A stretch of 24,607 nucleotides of DNA from an uncultured Legionella sp. (GTDB taxonomy: Bacteria > Pseudomonadota > Gammaproteobacteria > Legionellales > Legionellaceae), in contig CAZDYY010000001.1 in assembly GCA_964509745.1 (NCBI GenBank), forward strand, positions 1 through 24,607. Direction: 5' to 3'. How positions within the stretch are numbered: position 1 is the stretch's first letter; each line of letters opens with the position of its first letter. The notes under the pieces were generated by a model. That model was not told where the DNA came from. It searched no databases and was given only the letters and a program-made list of their open reading frames with translations. A program made the translations under genes and the position numbers. Shown here one piece after another: positions 7,259-15,475 of this stretch.

Positions 7259-8266
7259 ATGGCTAAAGTAGAATTTTTTGGATTGGATATCGGGACTGAT
7301 TTTATAAAATTATTGAAGATAAATGCTTCCCGGAATCCCTTTCAGATTGAACATTTACTCATTTCCCCCACCCCAAAGGACGCCATTGTCAAGGATGAAA
7401 TCAAGGATAGTGCGGCACTTGGATCGTTGCTGGGTGAAATGATTGAAAAAGCCAATATAGCCACAAAATTTGTTGCAGTGGCAATTCCTGGCTCTCTTGC
7501 CATTATCAAATCCACAATGATTGACAGCCGACTGACTGCTGATGAAATCGAATCCCGGGCATGGCTTGAAGCCAATCGATATTTCCCGGATTTAGTTGGT
7601 AATATCTATCTGGATTATGCAGTGACGGGTGCGCCGGTACAAAACCCCGCGCAAGCGGAGCTTCTGCTGGTTGCCTGCCGTAAAGATCAAATCAAGCCCT
7701 ATCTGGATATGCTGGATCAAGCGGGTCTGGTCGCAAAAATTGTGGATGTGAACTGTTATGCTCTGGCCCGAGCATTATCCATGACCCCGCAGCCACCGGT
7801 CATACAAACCATTGCGTTGCTCAATTTAAATGTTACCTTGAGCTCCTTGATTGTCGTGCAGAAAAACTATCTGCTCCATGCCCATGATCAAAGTTATAAT
7901 GGACAGCGCTTGCTCACGCAAACGCAGGCCTGGATTGCCAGCAACCCCTCCAGTGATTTGCTTGATGATATTGAATACCAGAAGATTATTAAAGAAAATC
8001 TGGTGTCTCACCTGCGACACACCATGCAATTTTTTTATACCAGCAAACCGGATGTCGGTATAGAAAAACTGTTGCTATCCGGTGATTTGGCCAATATTCC
8101 CATGTTATCATCATTTATTCAGCGGGAAATCGGGATTGAGACAGTCGTTGCCAATCCATTCGCCAATGTTACACTGGCACCGGAGATCAATGAGGATGAG
8201 ATCAAAAAATACGCCCCTTCATTTATGCAATGCTGCGGGCTGGCACTCAGCGACTTTCCCGGATAA
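7259..8266 (+). CDS. pilM: Type IV pilus alignment protein PilM
   Basis: Actin-like GLDIGTDFIKL, VAIPGS, LLVACRKD, KIVDVNCYAL, LLLSGD. First gene of the MNOPQ run. Start at ATG 7259 preferred over 7241. Confidence 0.92.
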   Translation: MAKVEFFGLDIGTDFIKLLKINASRNPFQIEHLLISPTPKDAIVKDEIKDSAALGSLLGEMIEKANIATKFVAVAIPGSLAIIKSTMIDSRLTADEIESRAWLEANRYFPDLVGNIYLDYAVTGAPVQNPAQAELLLVACRKDQIKPYLDMLDQAGLVAKIVDVNCYALARALSMTPQPPVIQTIALLNLNVTLSSLIVVQKNYLLHAHDQSYNGQRLLTQTQAWIASNPSSDLLDDIEYQKIIKENLVSHLRHTMQFFYTSKPDVGIEKLLLSGDLANIPMLSSFIQREIGIETVVANPFANVTLAPEINEDEIKKYAPSFMQCCGLALSDFPG

Positions 8267-8278
8267 GGAACACCTTTT

Positions 8279-8818
8279 ATGATTACAATTAATCTGTTAC
8301 CCTGGAGGGAGGAAGTAAAAAAGGCCCAGCAGATTCGTGCGGGAATCATTGCCGGAGTGTTTGCTGCCGTCGCCCTGTTTTTTGTATTTGTCTTGTACTT
8401 GTATCTTACCATTCTCATCGGGAATCAACAGGCGAGAAATGACTATTTGCAATCGGTGATTGCAGATGAAACCATGAAACTGGGGGCATTAAACCGGCAG
8501 AAGAAAGCGGTGATGGGTATTGAATCACAAATCCAGTTTCTTGTCTCGTTACGAAAAACCAGTTTCCAGACAGTCACGCTGCTCGATATGTTGCCCCGTA
8601 TCATCCCTTCAGCCGTTACGCTAACAAAAATTGTTAAAGACAAGAATGACCTTGCACTTTATGGGAAATCAAAATCCAATATACAAGTGACCTATTTAAT
8701 GGAGACCATTGGTAAAACACCAATGTTCAAACAACAGGAATTGACTGAAATCACTGAGGGAAAAAATGCGGGGATAGAAGGGCGATATTTCCAATTAAAA
8801 ATGAAGCAACAGGAATAA
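8279..8818 (+). CDS. pilN: PilN
   Basis: N-terminal INLLPWRE PilM-binding motif, single TM helix, coiled coil, PilN core. Confidence 0.92.
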   Translation: MITINLLPWREEVKKAQQIRAGIIAGVFAAVALFFVFVLYLYLTILIGNQQARNDYLQSVIADETMKLGALNRQKKAVMGIESQIQFLVSLRKTSFQTVTLLDMLPRIIPSAVTLTKIVKDKNDLALYGKSKSNIQVTYLMETIGKTPMFKQQELTEITEGKNAGIEGRYFQLKMKQQE

Positions 8819-8820
8819 GC

Positions 8821-9435
8821 ATGGCAAGTATGGATTTTAACAGGTTTTACGCATGGCCTTTCAGATTGCAACTGGTTGTCTTTGGTTTGTTATTTCTTGT
8901 TGTGTTTTATCTGGGTTATCAGTTAATTATTTCCCCATACTATAATGATTTGCTGAATGCACAGGAACAGGAAACAAATCTAAAAATCAATGTCCAGTCA
9001 ACCATTCACCGCAGTGCACTGTTGCAAGGCACGGCTGCGCAACTTCCCGCGTTGCAACAAAAAATTGATCAGCTCAGGAAAAACCTGATTGTTCGAGCCA
9101 ATGCGCCTGAATTGATCAAGGAAATTCTCACCAAAGGCAATGCCAATCATCTGCATTTCAGTGTATTTGATCCCTCGGAAGAAAAGGGGGATGGTGGATA
9201 CGAAAAAATCGTGATCAAGATTAGTGCTATTGGCAGTTATCATCAATTTGCCAATTTTATGAGTGAAATCGCCAATATGCCATGGATGATTGTTATTGAA
9301 CAATTTGTCATTTCCAGCGAAAATAAAACAGACGTCGCTCCTGGAGCCAAACCAGCGGTACCTGTTTTGTCAGGTGCGGCTTTGTCCGGGGAGCTTACGC
9401 TTGATGTCTATCAACTGCCAGAGACAAACCCATGA
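8821..9435 (+). CDS. pilO: PilO
   Basis: WP motif before a single TM helix, coiled coil, G.YHQFANFMSEIANMPW motif, located between pilN and pilP. Confidence 0.9.
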   Translation: MASMDFNRFYAWPFRLQLVVFGLLFLVVFYLGYQLIISPYYNDLLNAQEQETNLKINVQSTIHRSALLQGTAAQLPALQQKIDQLRKNLIVRANAPELIKEILTKGNANHLHFSVFDPSEEKGDGGYEKIVIKISAIGSYHQFANFMSEIANMPWMIVIEQFVISSENKTDVAPGAKPAVPVLSGAALSGELTLDVYQLPETNP

Positions 9436-10025
9436 ACAGGACCAGCAGGCTCAACAGGTTGTGTCAAAACGTCCCGGGGGTTGTTGACTGTTTATTTTCC
9501 GGGTCTTCCGGGATCCCGAAGAATACATCTCTGGCCAGGATTTTGTTTTTGACTTCATGCTGGACGCTGGCCATGCTGACGTGCTCATGCTCAAGTGACT
9601 CTCATCTGCAGGATTTGCAACAATTTGTCAGCCAGATCAAGCAGAGCGAGTCCAACAAGCCATTTACTGCATGGCAAATACCGACTGTTACTACCATCAC
9701 CTATCAGGCAAGCAGCCTGCGTTCGCCTTTTCAGGATATCGCTGCAGAAGGAACAAAAAAAACATATACTACTCCTCTGCAAGCATACCCCTTGACTACA
9801 CTGCGATTTACAGGAACAGTCATACAACCGGGTAGCGCATCTATTGCTTATGTCTTAACTCCTGATAATATGGTTTATCAGGTGAAGGAAGGTGATCCCG
9901 TTGGTGATCACGATGGCAAGGTAACAGGTATTCGTTCTGACCGGTTGATTGTTACGGAACAGGATACTGAAAATAACAAGCAGGAAACGCGCGTAATCAC
10001 ATTACGACTTAAGGACACACATTGA
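9432..10025 (+). CDS. pilP: PilP lipoprotein with extended N-terminus
   Basis: ATGA overlap with the pilO stop, lipobox-like LTCS-C, DLQQFV, RSPF, PLQAYPL..LRFTGT, VKEGD.VG...GKV..I motifs. Confidence 0.88.
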   Translation: MNRTSRLNRLCQNVPGVVDCLFSGSSGIPKNTSLARILFLTSCWTLAMLTCSCSSDSHLQDLQQFVSQIKQSESNKPFTAWQIPTVTTITYQASSLRSPFQDIAAEGTKKTYTTPLQAYPLTTLRFTGTVIQPGSASIAYVLTPDNMVYQVKEGDPVGDHDGKVTGIRSDRLIVTEQDTENNKQETRVITLRLKDTH

Positions 10026-11575
10026 AGATGATATTTCATGCATTCAAAAAGCGTAACGCCTTGCAGGTTGTTGCGGCATTGTTATTAGCGGGATTGAACC
10101 CCGTGCTTGCTGCGACGCTGGGTTCTTCTCCGGTAACCGAATCCCGGGATCTCAAAACGAACCGGTTGTCTTTTTACTTCCAGAACATTGAAACCAGGAT
10201 GTTGTTGCAGCTGATTGCCAAAAACTCGGGCGTGAATTTTATCATCAGTGATGCGGTCAAGGGCAGTATTACCCTGAATTTAAAAAATGTGAGCTGGCAG
10301 CGAGCGCTGGATATCATCATGAAGACGCAGAATCTGGCTTCCCGTCGCATCGGCAATGCGTTATATATCAGTACGATAGAGGACATGACCAGCACTGAGG
10401 CCAAACAGTTGCAACTGGCGGATACCATTGCCAACTCGGGTCGGCTGGAGTCGGTAAAAATTCATCTCAATTACATGAATGCCATGGATTTGGCAACGCT
10501 GTTGAAAGGACCACAAAGTGTATTGTTGACCCCGCGAGGGCAGGTTGCCGTGGACTCCAGAACCAATAGTCTGATTATCCGTGATACGAAGCAAAATATT
10601 CAGGACATCCTGCCGGAAATCCGATGGCTGGACGTTCCGGCACGGCAAGTGCTGATTGAAGCACGTATCGTTAATATAGATACGACATACGAGCGAGAAC
10701 TGGGTGTGCGGTTTGGTGTGAGCAATACCAGCACACTGTCAGGCACTTTGTCCGGTGCCAATCAGCTGAGCCAGGGGATTGCCCCAAGCCTTGTGACCCC
10801 GTTTACAGACCGGCTGAACTTTAATATTCCGGCAAATGCACTGTTTGATGGTGCCGTGCCTGGCAGCATTGCCCTGGCACTGGCCAAGCTGGGGCCGGTT
10901 CTTCTTGATATGGAATTATCGGCCCTGGAAGGTGAGCAACATCTCCAGGTCATCGCCAGACCACGAGTGATTACCGCCAACCAGCAAAAAGCGGTGATTC
11001 AAACGGGTGAGGAAATTCCCTATCAGGAAGCCAGTTCAAGTGGTGCGACATCCATTACCTTCAAGAAAGCGGTATTAAGCTTGACCATTGTTCCACAAAT
11101 TACGCCCAATAATAAAATTATCCTGAACCTGAAGGTGACGCAAGATTCACGTGGTCAGAATGTTGCGGTGGGTGCGACATCAACTGCGGGTTCAACCGGT
11201 GCAACCACCCCGGTTAACATCCCGGCAATCAATACCGAAGAAGTGGAATCCAATGTTTTATTAAATAATAATGAAACCATTGTTATTGGCGGGGTGTATA
11301 AAACAGTCAAGCAAAATTCAATGGATCGTATTCCGTTTTTTGGAACGTTGCCTGTGGTTGGTCATTTATTTACCCATGAAGGGGTCCATAATGAAAAGCA
11401 TGAATTGCTTATTTTCCTGACTCCAAAAATTATTACGCCCCAACCTGCAGTCAAGACAGTAGTAACCCGGGTCATGGAGTGTGATCCGGCCATTGCTCCA
11501 TGCGTAAAAAAGAAACCAGCGGCTGGATGCCGGGTATATCCCGGCATGCATTCTGTAAACCGGGATGAAAAGTAA
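10022..11575 (+). CDS. pilQ: Type IV pilus secretin PilQ, short form without AMIN domains
   Basis: Signal peptide, then directly STN/N0 (LSFYFQNI..LLQLIA), N-domain (GQVAVDSRTNSLIIRD), secretin core (QVLIEARIV, GEEIPYQ, ETIVIGGVY, RIPFFGTLP, ELLIFLTPKII). Confidence 0.93.
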   Translation: MKMIFHAFKKRNALQVVAALLLAGLNPVLAATLGSSPVTESRDLKTNRLSFYFQNIETRMLLQLIAKNSGVNFIISDAVKGSITLNLKNVSWQRALDIIMKTQNLASRRIGNALYISTIEDMTSTEAKQLQLADTIANSGRLESVKIHLNYMNAMDLATLLKGPQSVLLTPRGQVAVDSRTNSLIIRDTKQNIQDILPEIRWLDVPARQVLIEARIVNIDTTYERELGVRFGVSNTSTLSGTLSGANQLSQGIAPSLVTPFTDRLNFNIPANALFDGAVPGSIALALAKLGPVLLDMELSALEGEQHLQVIARPRVITANQQKAVIQTGEEIPYQEASSSGATSITFKKAVLSLTIVPQITPNNKIILNLKVTQDSRGQNVAVGATSTAGSTGATTPVNIPAINTEEVESNVLLNNNETIVIGGVYKTVKQNSMDRIPFFGTLPVVGHLFTHEGVHNEKHELLIFLTPKIITPQPAVKTVVTRVMECDPAIAPCVKKKPAAGCRVYPGMHSVNRDEK

Positions 11576-12209
11576 GATGTTGAAATCATGGCGATGCAGG
11601 AAAGGTTTTTTTTGTACCAAAGCCCTTGTGAAAATAATATCTATAGCACTCATGCTGAATCTGGGTGCTTGCAGTATTAAAAAGTCAGGCAAAGACAATG
11701 AGGACCGGAATCGAAAAATTCACACTGCAAAAATTAATGCCCAGCTGGGTATTGCCTATCTGGAAAGAAATGATGTCCAGCGTGCCAAACAAAAATTGTT
11801 ACTGGCGCTGGACCAGGCGCCCAATATTCCGGAGCCATGGTATTCAATGGGATATTTTCTTGAGGCCACCGGGAATACCCAGGAAGCAGGGAAATATTAT
11901 TTAAAAGCGATACAACTGGCGCCGAGACAGGGAGAGGCAAAAAATAACTATGGCACTTATCTGTGCCGTACCGGGCGGTATCAGGCGTCGATTCAACAGT
12001 TTTTACTGGCAGTACAGGACCCGAATTATATCAATCCGGCAGCGGCCTATGAAAATGCCGGATTGTGTGCTTTGAAAATTCCGGACAAAGCACATGCCCG
12101 GATTTATTTTGAACAAGCACTGTCGCGAGACTCAACCCGTTCGTTGTCTCGCCGGAAACTGGCTGAATTGAAAGGTGAGCCGCTACGAAATAACAGGAGC
12201 ACGTATTGA
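11565..12209 (+). CDS. pilF: TPR lipoprotein pilotin PilF (Pseudomonas) / PilW (Neisseria)
   Basis: Lipobox LGAC, AKINAQLGIAYL, TPR repeats, NNYGTYLC, AYENAGLC. The exact start is uncertain. Confidence 0.88.
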   Translation: MKSKMLKSWRCRKGFFCTKALVKIISIALMLNLGACSIKKSGKDNEDRNRKIHTAKINAQLGIAYLERNDVQRAKQKLLLALDQAPNIPEPWYSMGYFLEATGNTQEAGKYYLKAIQLAPRQGEAKNNYGTYLCRTGRYQASIQQFLLAVQDPNYINPAAAYENAGLCALKIPDKAHARIYFEQALSRDSTRSLSRRKLAELKGEPLRNNRSTY

Positions 12210-12640
12210 GTATGAAAACAGGAATAATCAGTAAACTGGGCATGGTCGCCGTACCAGGGCTGATGGCTTTTTTATTATTTATGAATTTTTCCTCCCATAA
12301 AACCCGTCCATTACCGGCTGCTGACCTTGTTAATGCAAGCATGCCTGCAGTCAAAATGAAAGTGGCTATTACGCCTGTTGAACCTGTCGCTGTTGCACCA
12401 GTGGCTGCCTTGCCTCTTCAGGAAGAAATCAGAGTGCAGTCCAGTCCGGATGATTTGGTGTTAAATGGGATATTTATTTCAGAACAATTTAAATCGGCCA
12501 TGATTAACAATCATTTTTACCAGGAAGGCGACACCATCAAGGGCATGAAAATTGTGTCGATTGAATATGAGCAGGTGAAATTAAACAATAAAATTTTAAG
12601 AATGGAACTGGCTTCAATCGGAGACAGTAATCAGGAGTAG
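12206..12640 (+). CDS. Bitopic protein with Pro/Ala linker and GspB/MshK-like C-terminal beta domain
   Basis: N-terminal TM helix, PVEPVAVAPVAALP linker, C-terminal LVLNGIFISEQFKSAMINNHFYQEGDTIKGMKIVSIEYEQVKL. AGGAG RBS, TTG overlaps the pilF stop. Confidence 0.55.
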   Translation: MSMKTGIISKLGMVAVPGLMAFLLFMNFSSHKTRPLPAADLVNASMPAVKMKVAITPVEPVAVAPVAALPLQEEIRVQSSPDDLVLNGIFISEQFKSAMINNHFYQEGDTIKGMKIVSIEYEQVKLNNKILRMELASIGDSNQE

Positions 12641-12645
12641 CACAA

Positions 12646-13206
12646 TTGCCAGAGATATTTCGCGATTTACTTGGTTTACGCTACAGGCCGCGCCACCTGG
12701 CGATTGCTCCCGGGAGCATGCGGGGGTATACCCTGATAGAGCTCATGGTGGCTTTGACGATTGTTGTTATTTTAGCACTAGTCTCGATTCCTTCGTTTGT
12801 TACCATTATCAAAAATTATCGTATTTCCGGTGTTGCAGATAATTTATATTACTTTTTACAAAATGCCCGCGCTGAAGCAGTCAAGCGTAATACCAATGTC
12901 TATGTTTCATTTACTCCAGGCGATTCATGGTGTTATGGTATGAATGCAGGCAGCAGTTGCAATTGCACAGTTGCCAACAGTTGTGGCCTGGGCACCTTCA
13001 GTGCCTCCACTTCTCAGCAAATAACACTGTCAACCACTCTTGGCAGTAATCAGGTGTATTTTGAAGGGACACATGCTGCAGCGAATGCGAGTGGAACGAT
13101 CACCTTCACACTCTATGGACAAACATCATTGATTACTCTCACGATAGGGCGACTGGGAAGTTTACAGGTGTGTTCAACCGGAATTGGCGGGTATACAGCA
13201 TGCTAG
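12646..13206 (+). CDS. fimT: Minor pilin FimT/FimU (GspH-like)
   Basis: MRG|YTLIELMVALTIV, LQNARAEAVKRN, six Cys. TTG 12646 has an AGGAG RBS at 8 nt; alternative start ATG 12718. Confidence 0.85.
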   Translation: MPEIFRDLLGLRYRPRHLAIAPGSMRGYTLIELMVALTIVVILALVSIPSFVTIIKNYRISGVADNLYYFLQNARAEAVKRNTNVYVSFTPGDSWCYGMNAGSSCNCTVANSCGLGTFSASTSQQITLSTTLGSNQVYFEGTHAAANASGTITFTLYGQTSLITLTIGRLGSLQVCSTGIGGYTAC

Positions 13207-13259
13207 ATTTTTTTAACCATCCATCACCTTAGTCCCGGCGTCCCACGGCTCGTCGGCAG

Positions 13260-13940
13260 ATGAATTGTCGATACACTCTGAACATGGCACGCAAACAATC
13301 AGGGTTTACCCTGGCCGAGTTATTGGTTGTTCTGGCCATTAATTTAATACTGTTTGCTGGACTCACCACACTGATTGTGGCGAATTTGAATCATTACCGG
13401 GTTGCCTTGAGTACCATGCGGCTGAATCAGCAATTACAATCAGCGCTGTTATTGATGGGTAACGATATACGCCGGGCAGGATACTGGTCGAATGCGAGCA
13501 GTGATGTTGGCGGGACGCAAAATAATAACCCGTTCATGACCAATGCAACCGATATTACCGTATCAGGCGGCAATTGCGTGTTATTCACCTATGATCAGAA
13601 TGGAGATGGTTCATTGCCGGCAATTGATGCGTCCATTGATGATGAGCGTTATGGATACCGGCTCAATGGTCAGGTATTGCAGGCAAGGCCCCCCGGTGCT
13701 TCATTTTCCTGTGGCGCGAATGCATCCGAGTGGGAAAATATAACCGATACACAAAATATCCAGATCACCAGTCTTGCTTTTACCTTAACGACAAGTACCC
13801 TGACAACAGGGCCTGGCACAAAAGGACTGGTTCAGCGTGCCATGGATATCAGCATCACAGGCCGGTTGGGCAGTGATAATACAATTACCAGAACCTTCAC
13901 CCAGCACATCAGGATCAAAAATGACAAGTTTGTTCCTTAA
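13260..13940 (+). CDS. pilW: Minor pilin PilW/PpdB-like (GspJ-type)
   Basis: QSG|FTLAELLV, LLLMGNDIRRAGY, Cys pair. Alternative start ATG 13284. Confidence 0.82.
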   Translation: MNCRYTLNMARKQSGFTLAELLVVLAINLILFAGLTTLIVANLNHYRVALSTMRLNQQLQSALLLMGNDIRRAGYWSNASSDVGGTQNNNPFMTNATDITVSGGNCVLFTYDQNGDGSLPAIDASIDDERYGYRLNGQVLQARPPGASFSCGANASEWENITDTQNIQITSLAFTLTTSTLTTGPGTKGLVQRAMDISITGRLGSDNTITRTFTQHIRIKNDKFVP

Positions 13941-15030
13941 TACCCGGCGGGGAGCCGCCACCCTGTTATTTACGGTGACCATGCTGGTGCTCAGTACGAT
14001 GGTCATTTTATTTGCTACCAATTTTGCTGTCATGCAGTATAAAACAGCTGCGAATCTGAATCGCAATACCCAGGCCTATGAGGCGGCGGAAGCAGGTCTC
14101 GAATTTGGTATTACCTACCTGCAGCAAAATTCCGCAACGATTCTGGCCAGCCCGAGTGGCGGCTATATTTTGCCTTATTCCAATGCCAGCACGACCAATG
14201 TGGTTCTGGCTAACAACAGTAAATTTTCGATTAGTTATACAAATCCTGTGGCTAATAATTACACGCTGATTAAAATAACATCAACAGGCACCAGTGACGA
14301 TGGATCATCCACCAGAGTCGTGAGCCAGCTGGTCGGGTTTGGTTCGATACTGGCCAACATACCCTCGACCCCCCTGACCACCAAGGGTGATGTGACGATG
14401 GGAGGGAATGCAACAATCAGGAACACAAACTCAAACACAACGGTCCAATCTGCAGGACAGGTAGACATCAGCGGCAGTGCAAAAACCGTGTTGTCATCGG
14501 GAACCAGCTCGACAGCTGCCCAGATCAAATCCGATGTTCAACAGAGTGTGTCATCCCTCCAGTCCATATCGACCAGTGATTTTTTTGCAACGTATTTTGG
14601 GGTGCCTGCTGCAACGGTTAAAAACAATATGGAACATTACTACAGCAACAGCAGTGATAAAAATTACAGCAGCTCGCTAAGCGGTATGTCGGGCACATCT
14701 ATCTGGATCGATCAAACCGGCGGTACGGCAACCATTAATGGAATCACAGTCATTGGTTCATCAACTAACCCGGTAGTGATGGTGGTTAATGGCGATCTGT
14801 CAATGAGGGGCATTGTAGTGATCTATGGCTTTGTTTATGTTGTTGGAGACTCAAGTTCCACTGACATTTTGGGGAGTGTGACGATTAATGGTGCGCTGGT
14901 GACGCAATCTGATTTAAAATTAACGGGTAATGTTACCGTAAATTATGATGCCACGGCATTAGGTAATGTGAAAAATCAAACCGCATTAACCTATTACGCC
15001 AAGGTACCTGGCAGCTGGAAGGACTTTTAA
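13921..15030 (+). CDS. pilX: Minor pilin PilX-like (GspK-type), long form, 369 aa
   Basis: ATG 13921 with AGGA RBS, RRG|AATLLF (no E5), QAYEAAEAGLEFG PilX N-terminal motif, long G/N/S/T-rich C-terminal region. Confidence 0.8.
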   Translation: MTSLFLNTRRGAATLLFTVTMLVLSTMVILFATNFAVMQYKTAANLNRNTQAYEAAEAGLEFGITYLQQNSATILASPSGGYILPYSNASTTNVVLANNSKFSISYTNPVANNYTLIKITSTGTSDDGSSTRVVSQLVGFGSILANIPSTPLTTKGDVTMGGNATIRNTNSNTTVQSAGQVDISGSAKTVLSSGTSSTAAQIKSDVQQSVSSLQSISTSDFFATYFGVPAATVKNNMEHYYSNSSDKNYSSSLSGMSGTSIWIDQTGGTATINGITVIGSSTNPVVMVVNGDLSMRGIVVIYGFVYVVGDSSSTDILGSVTINGALVTQSDLKLTGNVTVNYDATALGNVKNQTALTYYAKVPGSWKDF

Positions 15031-15031
15031 T

Positions 15032-15460
15032 ATGACAGCGCAACGCATGAAAGGGCAAACGCTGGTAGAAGTACTGGTTAGCCTGTTGTTCATCACCGTG
15101 GGTGCTCTGGCGTTAATCCGGTTTCAAAATTATCTGGCATATGATACGAGTATGGCCCAGCAAAAAGGCACAGCGATGTTGCTTGCCATATCACGAATTG
15201 AAACCCTGCGGGATTTTCAGGTATTGAATAACACCAGCGGCTATACGTCATATCAAAGCATTGCATCCGGGTCGTCAACCTCAGCCGTGAGTGATGCCAC
15301 CTATACCATTACCTGGACCGTAACAACCTTTACCAGTCCGGATTATAAAACAGTTGCCGTGACCGTCTCGTGGACAGATCATAATGGTAACACGCAATCC
15401 ATACAGCAAGTGTCGGATTTTGCAGGTATAGATCCGCAATATTCCGCAACGATTATGTGA
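15032..15460 (+). CDS. pilV: Minor pilin PilV/PpdC-like (GspI-type)
   Basis: MKG|QTLVEVLVSLLFITVG.L.L, RIETLR, KTVAVTVSWTD..G. Confidence 0.8.
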   Translation: MTAQRMKGQTLVEVLVSLLFITVGALALIRFQNYLAYDTSMAQQKGTAMLLAISRIETLRDFQVLNNTSGYTSYQSIASGSSTSAVSDATYTITWTVTTFTSPDYKTVAVTVSWTDHNGNTQSIQQVSDFAGIDPQYSATIM

Positions 15461-15475
15461 CAGGAGAGAACAGTC

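Noticed and set aside
10022-12640. Interpreting the locus as a type II secretion or MSHA system because of the GspB/MshK-like gene
   Set aside because: PilM/N/O/P, the PilF pilotin, PilZ, a PilB-type N-terminus and a typical T4a major pilin all point to T4aP. No GspC/L/M or MshI/J/N genes were seen.
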